Assembly (NCBI GenBank): GCA_951406725.2
Contig: OX597817.1
Location: forward strand, 7,874,001 to 7,938,000
Reading direction: 5' to 3'
Length of the DNA stretch: 64,000 nt
From: Octopus vulgaris
Taxonomy: Eukaryota
The position numbers and the translations under genes were made by a program. How positions within the stretch are numbered: the first letter of the stretch is position 1; each line of letters opens with the position of its first letter. The notes beneath the pieces are model-generated. The model searched no databases, had not been told where the DNA came from, and saw only the letters and a program-made list of their open reading frames with translations. Of the stretch, positions 26,892 to 42,811 are shown piece after piece.

Positions 26892-27572
26892 GTGGAAGAT
26901 ATTGAGTCAAAACTGGACCTTCTGATAGATTTGTACAAAGAAGATCGCCAGTTAGTCTTGCAGCATGTTCTGGGTGTCCGAAGTGAACAGGAAATAGTAC
27001 AGAGCGACAGCCGAAAAAAGCCACAACCTCTGTCTTCCCTAAAGCCACGGCCAATCCTTGTGGACAAGCAATACACCAGCGAACCTAACACGCCGACCGG
27101 CATCCGTAACCCTAGCCGCCCAATGCAACGAAATCTGTCGGACTTAGGACAGCGCATAAAAAAACGTGTCACTTATCGCTGTTTGTCTTATAACGAAGTG
27201 CCGCATCGGACAATGTCGGAGAGGATTACATATGACAGGAACAAACCTATCAAAGATTTGTTCGTAGGTGAACCTAGGCCGGCAAAAAGCTGCCTCTTAC
27301 AGCCGCAGCCGTCATCTTCCCGAGACAGATCGCCGGTCAGTGATCAAGTAGGAACGCTGTGTTTCGCGTGCTCCGAGGGCAAGGACACTCTTAATGTGAC
27401 TACTACTGCAATTAATATAACTACTACAGCTACTATAACTACTATTATTCCAACACCGACAGCAGAAGGCAGCAGCACTACAACAACTGACACCCAACAG
27501 GGTTACGAGCAAAATACTCATAAGCAACTTTGTGCAACAAAATCAGTTGGAAACAATGTGGCTGTCACGTAG
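26892..27572 (+). CDS. KCNQ: KCNQ terminal coding exon: end of helix D and distal C-terminus (VEDIESKLDLLIDLY...PILVDKQYTSEPNTP...MQRNLSDLGQRIKKRVTY...NVAVT*)
   Basis: Acceptor tttttctcag|GTG is phase 0, in frame with ...ERQ. The ORF of 226 codons ends in TAG at 27570-27572. Helix D heptads and the invertebrate KCNQ distal motifs are present. Confidence 0.92.
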   Translation: MEDIESKLDLLIDLYKEDRQLVLQHVLGVRSEQEIVQSDSRKKPQPLSSLKPRPILVDKQYTSEPNTPTGIRNPSRPMQRNLSDLGQRIKKRVTYRCLSYNEVPHRTMSERITYDRNKPIKDLFVGEPRPAKSCLLQPQPSSSRDRSPVSDQVGTLCFACSEGKDTLNVTTTAINITTTATITTIIPTPTAEGSSTTTTDTQQGYEQNTHKQLCATKSVGNNVAVT

Positions 27573-27770
27573 CCAAGGTTTTTCACATTTAGTGAGAGAG
27601 GAATGAATTGAACAGCTCTGCACATATTGTCACTTATCAAAGTTAATGCATGTATCTTGAAAGGAAACCAACAAAAGTGAAAGTAATCTATATACATGCA
27701 TATTAACATGTGCATATGTGTGAGGATTATGTATGTCTGGGCGTGTTCGAAAGCCAATATATATAAGTAT

Positions 27771-27822
<52 letters not shown>

Positions 27823-28024
27823 GAATGTATGTGCATGAGAATGTGGTTCCACATTTATGCCTAAATGATCCGAGGACGAGAGTGAAGGATTCACTAGAGG
27901 GTTGATTTATGGATGATGATGATGATGATGGTGATAGAAGTATACAAACGCCACTGAGTATTTGGGTGTGTATGTTTGCAGAGGTTTGAGAAATTGTGTA
28001 CAGTTTGGGAGTACACATGAATAA

Positions 28025-28101
<77 letters not shown>

Positions 28102-28256
28102 GTAAATAGCAAGAGTGTGTGAGGTCGTAGCAAGCGAAAATGAAAATGATTCAGTATATTTATATGAGTATGTATATGTGTGTTTGGGAACAAGTATTTG
28201 AGTTTATTTGTATATGAGTGCCTGCTTCAGTTAAAGAGGTATGTTTGAGAGAACGA

Positions 28257-28291
<35 letters not shown>

Positions 28292-28732
28292 GAAGCGACG
28301 GGGTACGTTTCGTATACATCGTTCTAAAAGAAATATATATAAATATACAATATATTTAACAATATATCTACATACCCTAATTATATTGTATTCAAAGAGC
28401 CTCAGTAGATATGAATAAGAATAGATGTATATATTAATATAACAGTGCACATAACCACATCGCAAGCACATACACACACATGTAAGCATACACACACACA
28501 CACTCACACACAAGCATAAAAAATATATATATGTATATATATATATATATATATATAATACTTATAAACGTGTGTGTATGAATGTATGAGTATTTATACA
28601 TATCTTATTTATATACATATTCTCATATTTTGTACACACAAATACATGTATCTTTATATTATCATATGCTATTATGTTCGCAGCATAATTTTTTACTATT
28701 TTTTTTAATTTTTCATTTAATATTGTTTGTTT

Positions 28733-28768
<36 letters not shown>

Positions 28769-29379
28769 TGAATATATATTAATATATATTAATATATGTA
28801 TATATGAATATATATTAATATATGTATATATGAATATATATTAATATATGTATATATGCATATATATTTATATATCTATATATGCATATATGCATATATA
28901 TATAAGTTTGTATGAATTCGTTGCCTCGTTTTTTTAACATTAACAATTATTTACCTCCCTTTCCTACCACTCTTTAGCCATTTGTAATGGCATTATATCC
29001 ACATCTCAGGACTGTATTACTTAATGATTTTAATCAGTTGAATAAGTTGGCGTGGGTGAAGTTGGTATTTGTTTTCATTTTATTTCACTTCTGTGTTATC
29101 TATTTTGATATATTTTTTGAGTTGTTGTTACAATAATTAAATATTACGAAGAAAAAGAACTAAAGAACAAATTCTAAGATTATTTTATTTATATTTATAT
29201 ACTTATGTTCATTTTATTACTTGATTGTTTTTGTTTGTTTGTTTTCCGTTGCCTATTTTACAAAATAATACTAATAACAACAACAATAATGATAATAGAT
29301 GTAATGATGAAATCACATTGAGAAGGAAGGGATCTTCTCGGTAGAAAGCCTAGCAATTCGCAGCGGATTACTTGGGATA

Positions 29380-30545
<1,166 letters not shown>

Positions 30546-30686
30546 AAATATGAACGTTAAAACACGCAGTGGAAAAAAAAATACCCCTTCCAACGAACGA
30601 AGTGTTCATTGTTATTGTTGTTGATTTTGTTTTTAGTTTTTCTTTGTTTATCTTCATACACACAGACAAAATATATATATATATAC

Positions 30687-30760
<74 letters not shown>

Positions 30761-30849
30761 ATATATATGTATATATATATATATGTATATATATGTATAT
30801 ATATATACACACACACACTCACACAAACATTTTTCACACGCATACATGC

Positions 30850-30881
<32 letters not shown>

Positions 30882-31331
30882 TCTTTCTATTTCAGAGATA
30901 TTTTGTAACTTTGATGATGTATTTTGATAATGTGATTACGTTGATGATTGGCTGCTAAGTTGCTTGGTTGCTTGGTTGCTTGAGTATTCGGTTGGTTGTT
31001 TGGTTTCTGGATGAGTCGCTTGGTCACTTGATTGATAGTTTGAATGATCAGTGGCCTGCCTGGTTCGTTGCCTTGATTCGAATGGTGGGTGGGTGGGAGT
31101 GTGGCAGGGGGCGGGGGTTGGTTTAACCGGTTTGTCGACTGAGTTTTTTTTTTCTTTTTCATGAACTGTGATCATGAACGAATTTGTTATAATGTAAAAA
31201 AAAAGAAAAACAAGCGAAAATGTAATGTTTATTGTTACTACTACTAATAATAATAATAGTGATTATAACAACAAGCAATGGCATCACAAAAACCACCTTA
31301 CAACCAGCTACAGTTTTGTTCAATATGATAA

Positions 31332-31399
<68 letters not shown>

Positions 31400-31955
31400 T
31401 AATAATAATAATTAATCGTTACAATTTCATCGCGGAACTTGATGAATCTATCGACGCTGCCCTTCTACCTTTTAAAACAGTACAGAATACTCAAATACAA
31501 ACTAACACACGCACACACACACATATACAAGCAGTCACATAGAATGGACAAACATGAAATATTTAAAAGAAAAGAAAGCCAGAATGAATAGAGACGAATT
31601 ATAAAAAAATAAGGAAGAATAGTATAACGATGAGGTATTTATTTAATTAAAAAAAAAAGGCAAAACTATACAGTACAAATAATAATTGAACGAAATGTGT
31701 GATGAGTTCCAGAAAGCAAGAGTTACTAAGCCTTTTTTGATTTCCGATTGAAGCCAATTCACATTTGGCCACTAATACCCCCAGCAATGGCAAGAACGTC
31801 ACACAACTCATTCTCTACTATAAATGTTTGGTGTTGTGCCAAAATAAGAAATATAAAATTCTAATTTCCAAAATCTTCAGAAGGTACTTTTTTAATGAAG
31901 ACAGATGACAATGACTTTTTTTTCTTTTCTACTTCTATTTTCTTCACACCCCTTT

Positions 31956-32022
<67 letters not shown>

Positions 32023-32422
32023 TTATGCAAAGAAAACTTTTGAAATTTATTATAAAATATGTGCCGAGCACCGTAAAACGAAACTAAATTGGGCTTCTAG
32101 TTAGTCGAGGCCGTCACTTGCGGTATTAATGCTTTTTGAGAAAGAACATATCACGTGAACATCACAATCTCCCATTTTTCTATCTCTAAAGCATTAGTGA
32201 TTGTGTGCCTAGACAAACCAGATAAAAAAAAAAACAACAGAAACATTTATGAAGCGGCATTCGATGATGACTAAAATAATGATAAACCCTCTGCAAATCC
32301 ATAATCGACTCGCGGTTTCAATCTTCAGTAAAAGCCATTTTACTTCACATGTTACGCCGCTAAAGCCCTTGGGAAAGGCCTGAGCGTCACAAGTTTCCAT
32401 TGACACTTCCTCTAAAAACATT

Positions 32423-32542
<120 letters not shown>

Positions 32543-33031
32543 CCTATAGTGCCTAGTCAAAAAAAGAACTAAATGATAATGAAATAATCCCGCTTAAATC
32601 TAATCTTTCTCTTAGAATCACCATATTAGCCTAATCAAAGACTTCTTTAACGAGAACCAAAAAAAGCAAAAAAAAATGCCTTTATACCAGAAATAAATTA
32701 TAGATTTTCTCTTTTTTACTTTTTATTTTTCTTGTGATTCAAGCATTAAAACAATATTCCCTCCCCGTTAACACAAAGAATTTACCTTCTTATATTTAAA
32801 ATGAACACTTAAAAAAAGTCGTAGACAAAAAAAAAATATGAAAAGTATTTTCAGATTTTACACAGTTTTTTTTATTATTAACTATTTTTTATGTTTCCGA
32901 AAAGAAGTGACTGGCTGTTGACACATATGTTTATATGGCTATATATATGTATTGTCTACTTGGCGATATGTATATACGTGCATGCAGACATATATATATC
33001 TATATCTACATAGGCATGTATACATACATAT

Positions 33032-33098
<67 letters not shown>

Positions 33099-33277
33099 TA
33101 TGTATATATATAGGCATGTGTACATATATATATAATATATATATAAATACACACACATGAATATAAACATACATAGCTAGTCAGCAGTCCAGTAGTAGTT
33201 CGGTGTCTTAGAGTCACCATATTCCAGCAAAACCCTCATATACTTGCCACGTATTATAAATACATTATATATATATG

Positions 33278-33352
<75 letters not shown>

Positions 33353-33810
33353 GTATGTACATATATATATGTATGTATGTGTATGTATATGTTTATGTGT
33401 GTACATATGTGTATATGTATATGCATGCATACATACATATATACATATACATGTATACATACATACATATACATATATATACACATGTATGTAGACACAC
33501 TTTAAATTATTTTTCGGCCATTTAAACCTTTATTACACACGAAGCCTCATTGCAAATAACAACGTGCCTACACACGACAAATTCTGCGTTCTTGAATGAT
33601 TTAACCAGAGAGATTGAGGATGATATTCTGCCTGCCTGACTGCCTGCTTCCGTTCATCAATGTCTGTCTTCGTATTCCTATTTATGTAATCACTTATCTT
33701 GATCCATCCCCCACATTATGAATATTCCAGTTTGCATAACGTCATATATATATATATATATATATATACATATCTAGATACATACACATATTATATACAT
33801 ATATATATAT

Positions 33811-33852
<42 letters not shown>

Positions 33853-33887
33853 TGAGAGAGAGAGAGAGAGAATTATATATATATATT

Positions 33888-33925
<38 letters not shown>

Positions 33926-34000
33926 AATGTATATATATTTATACGCATATATATTTATATGTATATATATTTATACGTATACATATTTACATGTATATAC

Positions 34001-34038
<38 letters not shown>

Positions 34039-34178
34039 GTTTATATATGTGTATTTATATATATATATACATATACATATATATATATTTATATATATAT
34101 TCATATATATATTTATATATATATACATATATATATTTATATATATGTATACATATGTATATATTTATTGATATATAC

Positions 34179-34212
<34 letters not shown>

Positions 34213-34250
34213 TTACATATATAAATATATATATATATAGTTATATATAA

Positions 34251-34649
34251 GCGCAGGAGTGGCTGTATGGTAAGTAGTTTCCACATCGTTCCGGGTTCAG
34301 ACCCACTGCGTGGCACCTTGGGCAAGTGTCTTCTACTATAGCCTCGAACCGACCAAAGCCTTGTAAGTGGATTTGGTAGAAGGAAACTGAAAGAAGCCCG
34401 TCGTATATGTGTATATGTATATATATATATATGTGTGTGTTTGTGTCTGAGTTTGTTACCCCAACATCACTTGACAACCGATGCTGGTGTGTTTACGTCC
34501 CCGAAACTTAGCTGTTCGACAAAAGAAAACAATAGAATAAGTACTAGGCTTTCAAGGAATAAGTCCTGGGGCCAATTTGCTCGACTGAAGGCAGTGGTCC
34601 AGCATGGCCGCAGTAAAATGACTGAAACAAATAAAAGAGTAAAAGAGTA
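34251..34649 (+). mobile_element. tRNA-derived SINE, family A
   Basis: Head gcgcaggagtggctgtatggtaag, B-box GGGTTCAGACCC, internal (TA/TG)n, tail ccagcatggccgcag...(AAAAGAGT)n. Confidence 0.87.
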
Positions 34650-34832
34650 TATACATACATATGCATATATTTATGCATATATATATATATATATATTCAT
34701 ATATATTTATATATGCATATTTATATATTCATGTATGTATATATACATATATACACATTACATATATACATACATATATATATTTATACATATATATATT
34801 CATATATATTTATATATACATATTTATATATT

Positions 34833-34892
<60 letters not shown>

Positions 34893-35104
34893 CATATGCA
34901 TACACATATATATGCATATATATATATGTGTATGCATATGTATATATATATATACATATATGTAATGCATATATGTAATGCATATGTATATATATACATG
35001 AATATTTAAATATGTATATATAAATATATCTGAATATATATATATGTATAAATATAAATATATTTATGTATATATGTAATGTGTGTATATATATATATGT
35101 AATG

Positions 35105-35167
<63 letters not shown>

Positions 35168-35211
35168 GTAGTGCATATATATATATGTATATAATGTATA
35201 TATATATAATT

Positions 35212-35250
<39 letters not shown>

Positions 35251-35640
35251 AGGCGGCAAGCTGGCACGATTATCAAAACACCTAGAAATTCCCCAGTCGT
35301 ATTTATGCCAACACTTTCATTTCTGAGATCTAATTCCGCCGATATCAGCTTCCCTTTTCATCCTTGGGGGGCTTTTGATAGAATAAAGTATTGGGGGTTA
35401 ATGCTATCGACCGCTACCCCATCAAGAATGATGGCCTTAGAAACAATATATGTGTGTGCATGTGTATTCGCACGTGTATGTAGCCTAGGAGATATATGTA
35501 CGTCGGTGGGAGTATTTTCCTAACATAATCACAGTGCAATGAGCTTAAAGGCGCAATTCTTTTTCTGTGATTTATATTTCAGCCGAAGTATTACATATGT
35601 GCGCGTTTGCGCATATTTTGAATGTTTCAATGAATGTATG

Positions 35641-35724
<84 letters not shown>

Positions 35725-35935
35725 TTTATTTATGTGTGTGTATACATGCATACATATGTGTATATATATATATCTGCGCGTATGTATGTTCATATGCATG
35801 TACGTATGCGTGAGTTCATATGCAAATGAAAAAGTACTTAACAAATGTAGTAGAATCACATGTATATATATGTATTTATATATAGATATGTACAGATATT
35901 ATATACACATGCAAATGTATATGTATTATAGTCAC

Positions 35936-35978
<43 letters not shown>

Positions 35979-36030
35979 GTGATTGTTGTATATAAATACA
36001 TACACATACACCACTATATATATATATATT

Positions 36031-36087
<57 letters not shown>

Positions 36088-37942
36088 ATATTTATATATA
36101 TTTATATATATATATATCTTTATAGCATATGAATAAAATCACACACATATACACACACACTATAGGTCTAGATGGTATATATCTTGACGCAATGACTTCA
36201 AATGATTTTGAATTTGCATATAACAGAATGTGTGGAGTTTTAATTGTCGGTCTATTTTTAAGTGAATGCTTATGTTGTTTGGAATATATAAACACTTTAT
36301 TTCTCCATTGTATAAATGTTGTGGCATTCACGGTGCCCTTCTAGGAAATTGATGCAGATTTAAGACATTTATTTAAATAGACAAGCAGATACAATTTAGA
36401 GAAACTAGCATAAATTATCTACGAATTAATATTTTTGTGAATAGAAAAGATAATTATCCATTAGAATATTTTTTTTCGTCTTAACTGAATCCGGCATGAA
36501 TCAGCGCAATATGAAATAGTTTACCATTGTATGGAATATTTTAACATTGATAATTTTCTTAAGTCATGCCTCATTAGATACCCTTATTCGCCAAGATAAC
36601 ATTTGTATGTGATTCCTAATTTCAAATTAAGGTAGAATATTAGGTCTTGATAATAATGTCTCAATATTGACCGGCTTTGTACAGTATGCAAGCACTCATC
36701 TTTAGCAACAGTAGAAATACTGTAAGACAAAAAAAAACTGGCAAACAATGAGATAAACAGATAGATAGAGAGACAGACAGACAGATTATTTTAACGTGTT
36801 TCAGTTCTTAGTAAAAACTAAATCTAGATACGATACACGCTACACACAACATAGACACCATTTGATTCAAAGTGTTAGAGGATGATAGATATAAATTTTG
36901 AAACCATTGTCCAATTAAGTAAAGATTTATAGTGCATAGAAACTTATCTGATTGTAAGTGTCTTGTCAGACATAATGGCGAGGATTTATTCAGATTCAGT
37001 TTCAACAAATGTCAGTATATATTTTCTTTTTTCCTTTTTGTTTCATTTTTGTTTCTTAGCAATGATGTGAAACAAGGCAGGGTTGGTCAATGAAAAAAAA
37101 TGTTTTAACGCAGACTTTTGAATTGTATTGTGAGCCCCGTTTTAGTGAAAGCTATATTACTTATAGTTTATATGGGATTTTACGGATCAATCTATTCGGA
37201 CTAATATTCCAAAATATATTGGTGGCTTAGTTAGCTGTTGCCAATTAGATTTTGTTCGTGTGTGTGTGTATGTGTATGTGTGTGTGTGTGTAGAAAACTG
37301 GAAATCCTCGATCCACCTCACCCCACTATTTTTATCATATGGACTTCTTTATTTTGATGGAAGCCACTCAAAGTAAACAATTCTGTTATACTTCTTATAG
37401 CTTCGTATTGTGTGACAATTAGAGCTGTCTGGTTTTCATTTTCCCTTCTATTGTGTAGCTTTCTCTTCTATTATACTGTACGTAGCTGTAGCCATTAGGT
37501 ACCAGAACTAGTAAGCAGTCAATGAAATGTATATAACTAAATATAAATATACTATAAATGAATTATATAAAACAAACAATAAACTGTATTCGATATCAAT
37601 ACGTTTCGAACTCAATACATTTATAATCTAACGAACAAACCGTCCATTCCTTCGATATTTAATTTTTAGTTAGATAGAGTGAGGCAGGAAATGTTCAGTG
37701 CCTTTCCGCAACACCTCTTTTTTTCATCTTAACTTCGAGATAAAGAAACAAGACATTAATTCCAATTCAAACTCTTTGTTTAAGATGAGAGCTTATCTCT
37801 GCAGCCATTTTGAATCCACGATGTTTTTAAAATATTTAAAATTCCGATTTTACTTTGTTTCATGTTATTTGATTTCTTTCTTTCTTTCTTTGCTTTGCCT
37901 CTATGGGTTTCACTTTCTTCCTTTTGGCCTATATAATAACAA

Positions 37943-38001
<59 letters not shown>

Positions 38002-38003
38002 AT

Positions 38004-38210
38004 AATGAAAACTTTTGAGAAATTGAGCAAATATAAGGATTTTGAGATAGAAATTAGAAGAATGTGGCATTTCAAAGCAGCATTACCTATTGGCACTTGG
38101 AATAATATCAAAAGGATCCAACAAATATGTTGACCAAATCCCTGGCAGCCCCGAAATAAGTGAATTGCAACAAGATCATACTTATCTTACGTAAATTCTC
38201 CGCCATGTAA
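38004..38210 (+). mobile_element. 3' fragment of an RLE-type LINE after (AGT)n
   Basis: KTFEKLSKYKDFEIEIRRMWHFK aligns with KEFDKLRKYKDLLIEIEKIWHLK of the 24758 ORF. Confidence 0.8.
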
Positions 38211-38416
38211 ATACAATCTTATTCATTTGATTTTATTATAAATTTTATAAGAAGGAATAATTTTTCGTTTTAATTTAACACAGGCATCAGATTTTCAATT
38301 GTATGACACCTCACCTGTTTGAATTTTTAGATGCAAAATCTATCTGGTCTTTGACGTCTCTGTTGAGACTTCGATGTAGCCCGTACAAATGAAAGCAAAG
38401 AAGGCAAAACATGCTG

Positions 38417-38490
<74 letters not shown>

Positions 38491-38491
<1 letters not shown>

Positions 38492-38732
38492 ATTCCCATT
38501 ATAGTAGGTGCATTAGGTATGATAAAAAAACATTCAGACAAATACATAACAAAAGCACCAGGACTTACAAGTACATATAACATACAGAAAGGCACTGCAC
38601 ACATCCTTCGTAAAACACTTTCAATACAGTAAAAATAAGAGCACCACAAAAAAATCACAGCACATACCCAAGGCACACAGAGCGGCGCTCGGTAGTGCAG
38701 TGAAAGCACGAGATAAAAACAAGACTACTGAA
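38491..38732 (+). mobile_element. 3' fragment of an RLE-type LINE between (AGT)n and (GAT)/(AAT)n
   Basis: IPIIVGALGMIKK...PGL...IQK-GTAHILRKTLSIQ* aligns with the C-terminus of the 24758 ORF. Confidence 0.88.
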
Positions 38733-38755
38733 TAATGATGATGATGATGACGATG

Positions 38756-38873
<118 letters not shown>

Positions 38874-38890
38874 TAATAATAATAATAATA

Positions 38891-39060
38891 CCTCGAACAG
38901 ATGGATAGAGGATATAGGCATAAAACCCAGTTTAGTGCAGCTTCAGAAAACAGCGTTATTAGGGATAGCTAGGATAGCTTAGGAGGGTTCTTGACATCTT
39001 AAGTTACTTGAAGCCCAATGTTTGGAATTTTTCTTTTCCAACAGTCTAATCTGTTGTGAG
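38891..39060 (+). mobile_element. 3' fragment of a second RLE-type LINE family, between (AAT)n arrays
   Basis: Translates WIEDIGIKPSLVQLQKTALLGIAR..LRRVLDI. Another copy is at 54127-54265. Confidence 0.8.
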
Positions 39061-39092
<32 letters not shown>

Positions 39093-39093
<1 letters not shown>

Positions 39094-39565
39094 TGTTTAT
39101 TGGCCACCAGCTCTTCACTTATACATACAAACCGATTGACTACAAATCGGATACTAACAACTACAATGAAGTGTACATGTACAATAAAACACGTAGGCGC
39201 AACAAGCGTAACAATGTATTAAAGAAAATTGGCAAAACACTTTCAGCAAAAATGACAACTACATAAATTTCATGGCTACCACAACAGAAACATAATATCT
39301 AGAGAGACATATAAAAAATAACCCTGATCTAAAAATAACATTGAAAATCAAATGATGCAGACAAATAAAAGCCAAAAATCCCCTCAGGATTTACAAATCT
39401 GCACAGCAAACAGAAAACTGCTTTTACTAGGCATTAGATACATATTGCGTAGAATAGTTTCACTACTATAGAAAATACAAAGCTACAATAGAAAATACAA
39501 AGCCGTAGTAAAAGACTGCATATACTGTAGTGAAAGCACGTAACATAAATAGAGGACTGAATAAT
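39093..39565 (+). mobile_element. Degraded RLE-type LINE 3' fragment
   Basis: Translates LLLGIRYILRRIV. The 3' end (..gtgaaagcacg..actgaataatga) is shared with the 38491 fragment. Confidence 0.6.
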
Positions 39566-39590
39566 GATTATGACAATAATAATGACAACA

Positions 39591-41194
39591 TATTTATTTA
39601 TTTGCCAATTCATTCATACAAAATGTTACAAAGGAGGTACGGGATGTGTGATGTAGACACATAGTTATATAAAATCGAAGGAAGTTAAAAAAAAACATAT
39701 AAAATGCATTGAGGTATTAAAATTTGATACATTAACACAGATATATTATACAACTAAACAAGATGTGTTTGTGAGCAAGATGTGTGTAGATAGATGGACG
39801 CATGGTTGCATAATTGCATTAATAATGATAAATGAAAGCGACCTACATACAAATGGGAAGCTTTTGCGTAGGTCGTACCAGAACCGGCCCACGATGCCGA
39901 TCACCTTATCCTCTTGATACTGGAAACAGAAATATTCATAGTGTCCATGAGCATCGTCTGAGTTGGATGGAGCAAGAAGCATCCCACATACTCCGGACAT
40001 GGCTGTTTTTGGTGATGTTAGATTAAAGGTCTGGGTTTCGCTTCGATATATAATTTGTGTGTCTCTTGAATTCTGTTCCTATTTCCTCTTTAATCTCAGT
40101 CACCACACCGTCCGCTACGTCTTCCTTCTGGTCGTCCATTAGATCAATCAGGATCTCGTTGGTGCTTCACACGACCCTGCATCTCATGTCATCCTGCGGG
40201 GGTGCTCCCCTTTCATGTGTCTTACACACCTTTGGTTGTCATCTTTTCTGAAACTTTTTATTTTTGCTTCCTGCGATAATTTAGACTCCTTTTCCAGCCT
40301 CCATTTCCTTCCCCCACCGCCTTCCAGCGACGGAATGGTACTACTAAGAAGGGTTTCCTTGTCTTCCTGGCCGTTGGTTCCAGACACTGGGAAACGAGGT
40401 GTTTTCTTTTTTCTTTTTTTTTTCGGCTATCATCCTCCGTCGACCGATGGTGCTCTAGATACAAGCATTTTGGGAGGCCTGTTATTGTTGCTGCAGTTGC
40501 CTCTGATATTGTCCACCGCTTTCTTTCTTCCTCTGCTTTTCCAGCTTTTTTCGGCAGAAAACCCTGAAGTGGCCCTTACAATCACACTTGTAGAACTGAG
40601 TTTTCTGTACTGCACCACCTGCCTAATTGCTTTTCTTTCTTCCCACCTCCCACCCCAACATACATGTCACGGTGAATTACAGCTACGAAATAACTTTGAG
40701 GCCATTAGGAGTTTCATGTCAGCCCCAACTTGATCACATGTTACTTTGTGTTCCCTCTGACTCATCACCTGTTCGTTCTCCGTCGTAAAGTGAAAACGAG
40801 ACGAGTGTCAGTGTCACAAGCAATGTCTCTGTCCATTTTAGACTGTTCAGATATTTTGCCGCAAATCCATGACAGCGTGTGACGAACTAACTTTGCCTGT
40901 CCTTCTGCCTTGTTCTTGCTCTTAAAGACCAGACACGCGCTTCTGTATGCTCTAGCCCCCGGTCGAATAAATACACACCGTTCCACACTTTTGCCAGAGA
41001 TTCTTCCAACTGTTCCTTTGTGAGCATATTGAAGCCCTTTTCGTTTTTCGAGAAGCAAAGGTTGACTACTTTCCGCTTTACCATTTCCTAAATAAAGTCC
41101 TCGAGCGAGAAGACTGTCTCTTGTGACACACTTCTTCCATGTTTCTTTTTCCTTGGAACCTACATATGTCCAATGATTCTTTCTGGGTCACCAT
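39591..41194 (-). mobile_element. Degenerate L1/Tx1-like element with only an ORF1-like region (gag-type zinc knuckle) and a (TAAA)n tail
   Basis: Minus strand gives KVVNLCF...QLEESLAKVWNGVYLFDRG and knuckle (F)YKCDCKGHFRVFC at 40554-40595. Tail tatttatttattt at 39591-39603. No EN or RT motifs seen. Confidence 0.5.
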
Positions 41195-41417
41195 GCTAGC
41201 AATAGTATTATGAAAATTTTGGCTATCACCACCTCTGTGTGTCAAGATGCAAATGTATGTTTTACAAATGTGTTTTCTGTGTAATCATCAGTTTCTTTTT
41301 GTGTTATCTGATTTTTTAAAGATATTCAACTACGGGATTAGACATATATATTGCTATCACCTTTGAGGGGAAATCCTACAGCTACCTCAAAGGATGCTAT
41401 GCTTAACAAATATTTTT

Positions 41418-41452
<35 letters not shown>

Positions 41453-41468
41453 TGACTGATAGATAGAC

Positions 41469-41551
<83 letters not shown>

Positions 41552-41985
41552 CGTGCGAGAAAATCCTAATATTAGCATAGAGAAATAGACAAATATATGA
41601 ATTTACCTGAAATTTAGATTTAGAGACTTTCGAGACCTTTTCAGCCCCTTTTTCCTTTCTTAGCTCTATCTACAGCCTATATTACGAATCAATGAATTGT
41701 GGTAATGACACAGAACTATTTGATTCGCGCAAACATGTAGAGCAGCATTCTACATGATAATGTGTCCACATTAACATGTTGCCTATGTAAGTTCCAGTCC
41801 CTCGCGAGTTGACAAAATACTAACTAGAACAGAAATATGCACTAAGATACCAGTTCGCGACTTTGCTTTCATTTGTATTTCTTAAGGTAAATTATAGTTT
41901 TCTATTTGTAGTTTCCCACAAATTTCTTTTTTTAACTTTGCGTTTAAATATAAGAATTATACATTTTACAATCTCATGTGCACGT

Positions 41986-42031
<46 letters not shown>

Positions 42032-42397
42032 CAAAATACACATATGTGTATGTGTGTATGAATGAGTGTGCGTTTTCGTTTGTTCGATATTGAAGCTGTC
42101 ACCGTTATTAAATATCTTATAATTTAAAATTTATTGGAGTGATCGATTACGTTGTTATTGGCTATTCTATTACTGTTCTGTCGTAGTTGTTGTTTCTATG
42201 TATTGGTGATGACGGTAGTGATGATGATCATAGTTATTGCTGCATTGGTTGTGTTATAACAATGGATGTTTCGTTTTGAAAGGGTTGTTGATGCTGTTTT
42301 TATTTTTGTTGTTTTTGTTGTTGTTGTTTTTTATTTTGGTGTCATTTGGGTGTGGTAGTTGTGATCGCTCTGGCTCAAAGCGGGTGTTTGCATGTGT

Positions 42398-42438
<41 letters not shown>

Positions 42439-42612
42439 AATAAACACACAACACATGTCAACAATACACAGAACAAACATATATATATACACACACATAC
42501 ACACTGATAGATAGATAGAAAGATAGATAGAAAGATAGATAGAAAGATAGATAGATAGATTATATATATATGTATACATACACAAACACACATAAGCACA
42601 CATTTTGTGTGT

Positions 42613-42680
<68 letters not shown>

Positions 42681-42751
42681 TTTATGCAGCTAGTACAATC
42701 AAAGGGCGTAATTAATAAGATGTTGGTAGAGTGAATATATATATGTGTGTT

Positions 42752-42811
<60 letters not shown>

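Noticed and set aside
26488-26925. Poly-Gly/Val/Ile ORF
   Set aside because: Translation of the intronic compound microsatellite.
26167-27054. 295-aa minus ORF apparently fusing KCNQ antisense, poly-T/N and RT
   Set aside because: Chance read-through across a stop-free trinucleotide array. Only 26222-26521 is real RT sequence.
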